Positions 9,338-16,568 of a stretch of DNA of 17,685 nt are shown in pieces; the stretch's first letter is position 1, and the number at the start of each line of letters is the position of its first letter. The notes under the pieces were generated by a model, which saw nothing but the letters and a program-made list of their open reading frames with translations, did not search any database and was not told the DNA's origin. The position numbers were made by a program, and so were the translations under genes. The stretch covers positions 1 through 17,685 of the forward strand of contig CAYWJO010000061.1 in assembly GCA_964458565.1 (NCBI GenBank), in the 5' to 3' direction. The stretch comes from an uncultured archaeon (GTDB lineage: Archaea > Asgardarchaeota > Thorarchaeia > Thorarchaeales > Thorarchaeaceae).

Positions 9338-10636
9338 ATGGTTAAGGAAATCATTATTCTCAGAGACTCTGGCATTCCTCTATTTCATTACAGTGTGGGG
9401 GGAGAGAAAAAGCTTGACGAATTAGTCGCAGGTTTCCTTTCTGCTGTAGGGTTCTTTGCAGAACAAGTTGGTGAATCCAAGATCAAAGTGATATCGTTTG
9501 CCAACAGTAAATTCGTGTGGGAAAAGACTGGAGACCTATACTTCATCGCATTGGTTTCTGATGATGATAGTTCTGAAATCTACAGGGTTATCCTTAGGAC
9601 ATTATCAGACCAATTCGTAAGCACATATTATTCTGAATTGCGAAAGGATGAACCGCTCCTGAAAAATTTCAGACCCTTTACAGATACAGTAGAATTAACT
9701 CTTCAGAAATTTGACGGTATCCCTGGACTTGCACGGAGATACAAGACAGTTCTTCTTCCTGTCGATGAATTAAGGAAATTGAAGGATGGTGTTGCAGAAG
9801 TCGAAAAGCAGTCTGTCGTCTTTCGGGCAGCACTCGTCACAAATGATGGATATATAGTGGTCTCGAATTTCAGAGCTTATGAACTAGAAGGCATCCTCGA
9901 TATCTTGGTGATATTTGGTAATGATGAGAATATTCAGAAAGAAAGCATGATAGCTGTACATACCAGCCTGGATCCACGAACACAGTACTTTCTCATGCGT
10001 GTTGATGGTTTCGGAGTTGCTGTATTTGTTGTTAAAATAGGGCATGAACTTGAAGGTTATGCACAGAAAGTAGCGGGATTTCTTAGTGTTGTCCATACCA
10101 TAGATTTTACGGATATGCGAAAGATTGAACCTAAGCAAGATCCAACAGGATTCGATTTTTACGAATTCGATATTGTAACTCTAACAAAATCCAAGAATGA
10201 AACCTTAGAAGAATTAAAGGGACACCTGGTTACTGCTCCAGAATCAATCCGAGGGGACATTGAAACTGCAGTTCGTGCCATCAGTAGGAATATTACAATC
10301 GATGAGCTGAAAGAGAAGACAGGCCAAACTCGTGAAACAATCAGTGAAGTGCTAGCATATCTTATCAGCGCAGGTATCGCTGAGGTCAATATGATTTTTC
10401 CTGTATTGGAGGAACGAGATGAAAGATTCTCTGCGTATTTAGAGGTAGTTGGACTTCCTAAACGAGAGTATGACATCATTAACACAATATGGAAATTTTG
10501 CAACGGTAGTTATTCTGTTGGTGAAATCGCTGAAATCAGTGGGACACCGCCAGGTAAAATCATCGAAGTCATACGAAAACTTGGCAAGTATGTAAAATGG
10601 GAGAACCAGCGTGTTTTACTTGAAATCCGTCGATAG
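9338..10636 (+). CDS. Longin + roadblock-like + two winged-helix domain protein (paralogue of the upstream gene)
   Basis: IILRDSGIPLFHY...LVAGFLSAVGFFAE longin. AALVTNDGYIVVSN roadblock-like segment. C-terminus homologous to 8373-9278 (DERFSAYLEVVGLPKREY vs DTRFDAYLDLIGLPRKDY). AAGGAGGA SD. Confidence 0.75.
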   Translation: MVKEIIILRDSGIPLFHYSVGGEKKLDELVAGFLSAVGFFAEQVGESKIKVISFANSKFVWEKTGDLYFIALVSDDDSSEIYRVILRTLSDQFVSTYYSELRKDEPLLKNFRPFTDTVELTLQKFDGIPGLARRYKTVLLPVDELRKLKDGVAEVEKQSVVFRAALVTNDGYIVVSNFRAYELEGILDILVIFGNDENIQKESMIAVHTSLDPRTQYFLMRVDGFGVAVFVVKIGHELEGYAQKVAGFLSVVHTIDFTDMRKIEPKQDPTGFDFYEFDIVTLTKSKNETLEELKGHLVTAPESIRGDIETAVRAISRNITIDELKEKTGQTRETISEVLAYLISAGIAEVNMIFPVLEERDERFSAYLEVVGLPKREYDIINTIWKFCNGSYSVGEIAEISGTPPGKIIEVIRKLGKYVKWENQRVLLEIRR

Positions 10637-10759
10637 TACGGATCAACTGCAAGATGCATGGAAGTTGTAACCGCGACTGAGAGTATCGTGATTATCAAAA
10701 ATACTTCAGACACATTGGCACCCTCATGTCTTGGTAATTTGTAGTTCAATAAATGTCTT

Positions 10760-10791
10760 ATTCAGGAAATAGATTAGGGATATTCCTGAAT
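10760..10791. terminator. Inverted repeat (9-bp stem, 14-nt loop) between convergent genes
   Basis: ATTCAGGAA-N14-TTCCTGAAT, immediately downstream of the stop of the 10794 gene. Confidence 0.4.
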
Positions 10792-10793
10792 CA

Positions 10794-11111
10794 TCAAGAT
10801 GTTGTGTCAAAAAAGGACCTCTGATTTAGAACATATACTGTTGAAATAAAAGCGTAAATCACTACTACTAGAATAATAAGCTGGCCCCAATTGAATTCTG
10901 GATTAATAGCAAGAGCTATTATTTGGAGTACCACACAAATTGAAGGGATTCCTAAACCAATGATATATCTTCTTAATCTAGATAGAGTGAAATCAGCTGA
11001 TTGCGCGTCAAGAATCATTTTCTTAAGTATGTACGCATATAGAATAAAAATGACTCCTCCCAAAGCTTGAAATAAAAATGCTGAAATCACAATTTCTATC
11101 ATTCGCTGCAT
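10794..11111 (-). CDS. Small 3-TM membrane protein (105 aa), candidate immunity/cognate partner of the orphan tip
   Basis: Three hydrophobic helices with a basic loop after TM1. ATG at 11111 preceded by GGGTGAG SD. AT-rich. Lies directly downstream of the orphan tip. Confidence 0.65.
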   Translation of the reverse strand: MQRMIEIVISAFLFQALGGVIFILYAYILKKMILDAQSADFTLSRLRRYIIGLGIPSICVVLQIIALAINPEFNWGQLIILVVVIYAFISTVYVLNQRSFFDTTS

Positions 11112-11147
11112 AGATTTCTCACCCAATTTTTACATAATGAATTATAG

Positions 11148-11165
11148 ATGATAATTGTTTATCAT
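11148..11165. promoter_or_regulatory. Palindrome ATGATAA-N4-TTATCAT, possible operator
   Basis: Perfect 7-bp inverted repeat 37-54 nt upstream of the 11111 ATG. Confidence 0.3.
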
Positions 11166-11183
11166 ACGTTGCCAAACACATCA

Positions 11184-12017
11184 TCACCCATCTAACCAAA
11201 TCCTTGCAATTATTATTAACGCAATTCCAATCCCTAGAATGACAATATTTGCCCATAATGCGAATGCTAGTACTTTAGCCAATGGTGTCAATAAAGGTAC
11301 TGCTTGAGCAATGGATTCTAAGACTCCAATAGACATTCCTGCATTACCAAAAGCATTTATGATACCAAAACCAATAGCCGCTGTTAGCCACATAAGACCA
11401 ATATCTAATAGATAACGTCCTGCATCAGTTCTTTGCCATTCACCAATATTTACCATATGACTAGCCAAAATTGCAGGCATTGCTATAGCCCATAAGGCTT
11501 GAGTTGTTAATGCAAAAGCAGCTGAAATTAAGATTATAGGATTTGGGTTGCATTTTGCAGCCCATTCTAGTGTTGCAGCAGCTACAGTAATGCCTATTAA
11601 TAATATGGGAGAAATTATGGTATCTATATTCCAAGCAATCCAATCTTCAGCTTCGCCTTTGGCACCTAGAACACTTGCGTCACCTTCAACACTACATTCA
11701 CTATACTCAGTTATTCCCAATAAATTCTTTTTATAATGTGTATCAACTACCAAAGAAGTATTGGAGTATTGTATTTCATGCTCAATTACTACGTTAAGCA
11801 AGGGCCACCAACCAGTCCAATAAGTTGTTATTGAAAGCATCGCATCACTGAGATAGGAATCAGCAGAGTCAAAATCGTCATCAGTTGGTTTCCCAGTCCC
11901 ATCGAAGGAGTCATCAGGGGGAGGCTCCTGCTCCGTGGTAGTCTGGTCAGCATCCGACTGTGGTCCCTCGTTGCCCTCCTCGTCCACTGCCGAGACCCGG
12001 TAACTGTACGTGGTCTC
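11184..12017 (-). pseudogene. Orphan (start-less) alternative C-terminal module of the 1275-aa protein: end of FN3 + WxGWWPLL linker domain + hydrophobic multi-helix tip
   Basis: The open frame begins mid-FN3 (ETTYSYRVSAVDEEGNEG, identical to aa 1001-1018 of the 12451-16278 product). The ORF-track start at 11987 is an internal Val GTG. Shares FDGT, WxGWWPLL, KNLLG and DA..[FY]LL...L....AA.G with the main gene tip. Confidence 0.8.
11965..12017. repeat. 53-bp direct repeat, copy 2 (FN3-coding, GC-rich)
   Basis: ccctcgttgccctcctcgtccactgcCgaGacccggtaactgtacgtggtctc, 51/53 identical to 13226-13278. Confidence 0.95.
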
Positions 12018-12020
12018 TAA

Positions 12021-12401
12021 CTACAAATCAAGTTCAATCTCATTCTTGGATTTAAAATACCTGTGCTCTCGTAATTCTAAATATAGCCATAGATACATGA
12101 ATTTCAGTCCAATGACCAGATACAAGATGTAATATGGTGCGATCACAATTGTGATAGTATCAATTACTAGATTGATTACAATTATGATCCCTATGAAATG
12201 AAACCGTTCTCTCCTATTGTTTGCCATTCGTTTTGCTATTTGCTCCTTTCGGGATACTCTTTCATTAGTAATCATCGGAATACGGAGCGACATTCTAATT
12301 ATATTCCATTGAATATTGAATATATATAACCACAACATCTGGAGTCCAATGCCTATAATCCATCCAATATTACTTAGTATATCATTAATAATATCCATCA
12401 T
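12021..12401 (-). CDS. Small 3-TM membrane protein (~126 aa), candidate immunity/cognate partner of the full-length protein
   Basis: MMDIINDILSNIGWIIGIGLQ..., three TM segments with an Arg/Lys-rich loop. The ATG at 12401 avoids the 62-nt overlap of the longer ORF call. Very AT-rich. Confidence 0.65.
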   Translation of the reverse strand: MMDIINDILSNIGWIIGIGLQMLWLYIFNIQWNIIRMSLRIPMITNERVSRKEQIAKRMANNRRERFHFIGIIIVINLVIDTITIVIAPYYILYLVIGLKFMYLWLYLELREHRYFKSKNEIELDL

Positions 12402-12418
12402 TGTATCCCAACTATAGA

Positions 12419-12428
12419 ATTTATAAAA
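12419..12428 (-). promoter_or_regulatory. Candidate archaeal TATA box for the 12401 gene
   Basis: TTTTATAAAT on the minus strand 18-27 nt upstream of the ATG, preceded by the purine-rich ATAAGGAA (BRE-like). Confidence 0.35.
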
Positions 12429-12450
12429 TTCCTTATTATCTATTCCTCCC

Positions 12451-15400
12451 CTAGAATGACATAAGCAGGTGTACAACTCCAATAGATAGGATTGCAGCAC
12501 CGATTGCGGCAACTACCAGAAAAGCTACCATGGTTGGTTTCATCCAATCAAGAAATCCCTTTACAGCTACATTATCAACAATCTCTATTGGTCCGTAATC
12601 TGGAAATGTATTTTTCATCTGGCTCTTATTCATACCCCAAGCCGCCATGAAATAAACTAATGAACACTCGAGAAGGAAAATGAATGCATCAAAATGGGTG
12701 AATGCTCCTGACTCGACTCTTTCTTCTGCAAAAGTCACTGGAACCCACCATGCATATGCTGCGACAACAGCGAGTGCGACAATTCCAGCGGCTAATGCTA
12801 ATGGTGCTAATGCTGCTGCAGATTTGTAAGCTACTTCTACTGCATTCCCAAGGATAGCTATGGCTGTCAGAATACCTGCAAGAGGTAGTGCATTTTCGAT
12901 AAGGAATGCAATAATTGCAGGAGCTCCTTCCCAGAAAGATCCATCACCACTCATAGAAACATCCTGGTCCTCAGTAAAACCAAGTAAGTTCTTTGCGATA
13001 TGGAAATTCAAAGTGATATCAACTATGCCATAAGAGATTGGAATTGAGTAGGCAACGTGTAGTAAAGGCCACCATCCTGACCACCAAATGGACAATGTTT
13101 CAAAAGCTTCAATTAGATCAAAATCAGCAGTATAAAGTGCTGATTTAGAGGGATTAAATGTCCCATCGAAATCTTCATCCACAGGTTCAGCCTGAGTGGT
13201 GGCGGAGTCGGGGTCAGAGAGGTCACCCTCGTTGCCCTCCTCGTCCACTGCTGACACCCGGTAACTGTACGTGGTCTCCGGTTCCAGGCCGCTGTCTGTG
13301 AAGGTCGTCGTGGGATGGTCCACCTCACCCACCTTGATACCATCCCGGTAGATGCAGTAGTGGTCCATGTCTAGCTCTTCGATCCCAGTCCACGCGACCT
13401 CTATCTCATCATGAGACAGTGTGGTGGCAGTAACGTCCTCCACTTCATCAGGTGGGTTCCCAAATGACCCTGTTGAGAGACCTACTGAGGACGACTGGTC
13501 CCCCTCATTTCCAGACCGATCTACAGCAGCCACAGCATAGGTGTAACTCGTGTACTCTTCAAGGGCGGTATCAGTGTAGGAGGTTCCTTGAATCTCTGCG
13601 ATCTTTGTGAATGCTCCATCTCCTACCTTTCTATATACACTATAGCGAGTGACATCGGGTTCTGGATTTGCATTCCAGGTGAGGTCTATCTGTTCGGACC
13701 CTGAAGGTTGATCTGCAGCTAGACCTGTTGCCTGTTCAGGTGGATAGATATCATCAGGCTTCTGCATGTTGAGCTTGCACTCCACGTTGATGTTGTGGAT
13801 TCGCATATCAACCAAGTTATAGTACTTGTACCTGTACCCAAGGAGAACTACATACTTTACCACTCTGGTATAGTTGTACGAGACTCCAAGGTCAGCTTGT
13901 CCAACACCCTCAATGTCGCCTTTTATCATTCCTTCGTCAAACCAGAGCTTCGCAGTCTTTGTGAAACCAGAGTTGTAGATATAACCTGACGAATAGGAGC
14001 ATGTGGAACTCCCCTCAGGGTAGAAGTAGATCCTCATGACTGCCTTTTCAGCTCCTACTTGTGCATCACCAATATATACCAACATGATGATGTTCTTGTT
14101 CTCATCGAAGAGAGCAACATACATCTTACCCATGGTATTACTGCTTTGAACCATCTGAATATTGACAGAGAATTCTGTCAGCTGATATAATCGGAATGGT
14201 CTTGATAAAACGTGAACGAAGTCCGGTCCGTGCCATCCAGTATAATCAATAGGGATCTGATCCGGTGTCATATAGCTCTCACCAGAAGGTACAACGAACT
14301 CCCCATCTGATGATGTGCCATATCCAAAATCGAGATCTTTGTTGAATCCGTCCATATCATTGCAGTTGTCATTAAATACCGTGTATTCAGACCTGCAAAA
14401 GCTGACTCGAACATTATCTATCTCCACATGGTGCTGATAGCTTGTAGGATTTCGATAACTCTGTATAACTACATATTTGATAATTCGGTTCTGGTCAACT
14501 GTTATAGGAGTAAAGAATACTTGTTCACTCTTTGTTGGGACATCTCCGGATAATCCTTTCAATCGATCGAAGCGTATTTGCACTATGCCAGAGTAATCTC
14601 CGTAAATATCATCTGAAACTAGCTCTTCATAGCTACCACTCGCCTTGTAGTATCTCGCAACAAAACGCTCTCTCTGATAGGGTGAGCTTGAAGAATAAGT
14701 CCAAGAATCGTAAACAAACAAGCTTGCCATGATGTCTTTATTCTCATCATATAGTGAAACACAAGTATAGGTCCCTCTCCGTCCATCATTATTGTGTTCT
14801 ATTGTAAGATTCACTGAGAATGAGCCTAGATCACGCAGCTTGAAGTATGATGGAAGTGTGCGGACAAATGAAGGCCCTCTCCATCCGCTAGGACTTGAAG
14901 GAATAGATACAGGATAAGTTACATTTCCGTCACAATATAAATCGCCAGTGTTCTGTGCCGTACAGCTTGGAAATACAGGCCATGATGCATCATAATCATA
15001 CTCTACTTTTACACATGGGTCAGTCCATAAACCTCCAGACCTACCAGGATTTCGACCTGTTACAGGTTCCTGCCAGACTCCATCTACCTTTTGTTTTGAA
15101 ACATAGAGCCCATGTATGACAGTTTCATTGAGAGCAATTGAGTCGACTTGATCAAGATCACTCCCACTGGCTGTCACCTCTACTGTTGGTGAGTCACCAT
15201 ATGATATGGAATAGTCAAATCCAACTGTTCCGTAGTATGTTCCACCAGCAAACTGAGTTGGCCCGTCTTCCCAATGCCCTCCTGTTCCGGCGGCTGCCAT
15301 GACATATATCATGCTAAATGAGTCTGGTGGAGGTGGTGGTGGAGGTGGATTCTCAGGAGGTTCAATATCCTCAATCCATGTGGACTCGTAGTACCAGTTC

Positions 15401-16278
15401 ATGGTATAATTGACAGAGGTTGTAATTTGGGATGCTAGTACAGTTTGCCATTCACCATCATCCCAATATGACCCGTAGTAGTATATCAACATATAGCTTA
15501 AATCAGAAGGTAAAAGACTGAAATCGTAAGTGCCATAAACAGTGTAATTTGAAAAACGGATGACCATGTGTTCACTTGTGTATGTATCTGAATACGTGTC
15601 ATCAATGTATTCAATCTCATCGAGAATAATCTGTGAGAAATCCATGATATGAACACTTGTTCCAGTCTGTACGAGTTCCTTCGCCTTGGTAAGTTCCTCT
15701 ATTCTATATTCTTCAACATAATCAGTGTGAAGTCCAACCGCTAGCATTGCGGTGGAGGTAATCTCAACATTAGTGACTTCAGCAGGTCTCGCTCCAATAA
15801 CGGTATAAAGCTTTTTCCCTGAATCATCATCTCCATACTTTACTATCTCCCTACTACAACATGCCATGAACAGGTGTAAGCTTACTGGTGATTCTTCCAC
15901 TATTCCTGCCATTGTCTTCCAGGATGTAATATGCTTGCCTGTGACAATTCCAAATGGTCCGCCATGAGATGCGTAGATGACTATATCCTCATCCAATGTC
16001 AGAGCAACTCGTGGATTATTGGTCCGAATGACCCTGATACGATCAGGAAGAAAAATATCATCTGAAATGAAGGTAGAAAATCTTTCAATTAAATCATTGA
16101 CTGCCCAATCTGTGTCTGAATCACCTGACAACTGAAGGATAGCAATATCAGGACCTTCATTCACAATATCAGCCGTCCATGCAGTAGAAGCATAGAGCTG
16201 CATTCCAAGAATTACAGTAATTGCGATAGTACAAGATAGAAGAAACTGTTTCCTCCTAAGGAGATTAATCCTACACAT
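12451..16278 (-). CDS. Large secreted multidomain protein: caspase/gingipain-like peptidase domain, poly-Pro, 2 beta-sandwich repeats, 2 FN3 domains, hydrophobic multi-helix C-terminal tip (polymorphic toxin/recognition protein candidate)
   Basis: Signal peptide (RRKQFLLSCTIAITVILG...AWTA). IVIYASHGG / LHLFMACCS dyad motifs. PPENPPPPPPPP. GWRGPSF/GWHGPDF repeats 216 aa apart. Two FN3 domains (LTW...Y.VYR...YTD..L...T.Y.Y.V.AVD..GNEG). About 4 C-terminal hydrophobic helices. Confidence 0.8.
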   Translation of the reverse strand: MCRINLLRRKQFLLSCTIAITVILGMQLYASTAWTADIVNEGPDIAILQLSGDSDTDWAVNDLIERFSTFISDDIFLPDRIRVIRTNNPRVALTLDEDIVIYASHGGPFGIVTGKHITSWKTMAGIVEESPVSLHLFMACCSREIVKYGDDDSGKKLYTVIGARPAEVTNVEITSTAMLAVGLHTDYVEEYRIEELTKAKELVQTGTSVHIMDFSQIILDEIEYIDDTYSDTYTSEHMVIRFSNYTVYGTYDFSLLPSDLSYMLIYYYGSYWDDGEWQTVLASQITTSVNYTMNWYYESTWIEDIEPPENPPPPPPPPDSFSMIYVMAAAGTGGHWEDGPTQFAGGTYYGTVGFDYSISYGDSPTVEVTASGSDLDQVDSIALNETVIHGLYVSKQKVDGVWQEPVTGRNPGRSGGLWTDPCVKVEYDYDASWPVFPSCTAQNTGDLYCDGNVTYPVSIPSSPSGWRGPSFVRTLPSYFKLRDLGSFSVNLTIEHNNDGRRGTYTCVSLYDENKDIMASLFVYDSWTYSSSSPYQRERFVARYYKASGSYEELVSDDIYGDYSGIVQIRFDRLKGLSGDVPTKSEQVFFTPITVDQNRIIKYVVIQSYRNPTSYQHHVEIDNVRVSFCRSEYTVFNDNCNDMDGFNKDLDFGYGTSSDGEFVVPSGESYMTPDQIPIDYTGWHGPDFVHVLSRPFRLYQLTEFSVNIQMVQSSNTMGKMYVALFDENKNIIMLVYIGDAQVGAEKAVMRIYFYPEGSSTCSYSSGYIYNSGFTKTAKLWFDEGMIKGDIEGVGQADLGVSYNYTRVVKYVVLLGYRYKYYNLVDMRIHNINVECKLNMQKPDDIYPPEQATGLAADQPSGSEQIDLTWNANPEPDVTRYSVYRKVGDGAFTKIAEIQGTSYTDTALEEYTSYTYAVAAVDRSGNEGDQSSSVGLSTGSFGNPPDEVEDVTATTLSHDEIEVAWTGIEELDMDHYCIYRDGIKVGEVDHPTTTFTDSGLEPETTYSYRVSAVDEEGNEGDLSDPDSATTQAEPVDEDFDGTFNPSKSALYTADFDLIEAFETLSIWWSGWWPLLHVAYSIPISYGIVDITLNFHIAKNLLGFTEDQDVSMSGDGSFWEGAPAIIAFLIENALPLAGILTAIAILGNAVEVAYKSAAALAPLALAAGIVALAVVAAYAWWVPVTFAEERVESGAFTHFDAFIFLLECSLVYFMAAWGMNKSQMKNTFPDYGPIEIVDNVAVKGFLDWMKPTMVAFLVVAAIGAAILSIGVVHLLMSF
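13226..13278. repeat. 53-bp direct repeat, copy 1 (within second FN3 domain)
   Basis: ccctcgttgccctcctcgtccactgcTgaCacccggtaactgtacgtggtctc. Differs from 11965-12017 at two synonymous positions. Confidence 0.95.
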
Positions 16279-16383
16279 GCGAACGCCTCTTTACACAATA
16301 TGATTGGTACTCCATCCCCAATCATAGCCAAGAATTTTATATAATTCGCACTATATAAAATTAAAGGATGATTGAAGAATTAG

Positions 16384-16404
16384 GTGCATTTTGACTAAAT
16401 GCAC
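16384..16404. promoter_or_regulatory. Inverted repeat GTGCATTT-N5-AAATGCAC, possible operator upstream of the large gene
   Basis: Perfect 8-bp inverted repeat ~105-125 nt upstream of the 16278 start, near TATA-like TTTTATATAG (minus strand, 16351-16360). Confidence 0.35.
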
Positions 16405-16568
16405 GCAGATAATATTTTAATGGGTTTCTGTAGCTGTATCTCTATTTTTCGTTTGATTCTGCTTTAGAAAAGTGATTGCATGGAAGATTGTAACACTAAG
16501 AATCCATATTTACTTAACATTTGGCCACTTAATGTAGTAACATCAAATGAGTGAAGAAACCATCTCTT

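Noticed and set aside
10658-10744. Short + strand ORF ending SDTLAPSCLGNL, reminiscent of the DTxAPSxPxNL start of FN3 domains
   Set aside because: The match is only about 11 residues with no DNA similarity to the other FN3 copies, so it is indistinguishable from chance.
12402-12512. N-terminal 37 aa of the 163-aa ORF call
   Set aside because: Overlaps the end of the large gene by 62 nt. The ATG at 12401, with a TATA-like box upstream, is more plausible.
11965-13278. Diversity-generating retroelement TR/VR pair or CRISPR repeats
   Set aside because: No reverse transcriptase in the window. Only two copies 1.26 kb apart with two synonymous mismatches, which is not an adenine-mutagenesis pattern, and no spacer array.
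15325-15360. (GGT/GGA)n microsatellite-like tract as a phase-variation site
   Set aside because: It is an imperfect trinucleotide repeat encoding a poly-proline linker, and slippage would not shift the frame.
16240-16278. Twin-arginine (Tat) signal in the large protein (LRRKQFLL)
   Set aside because: The spacing deviates from RRxFLK. It is treated as a generic signal peptide and the export route is undetermined.
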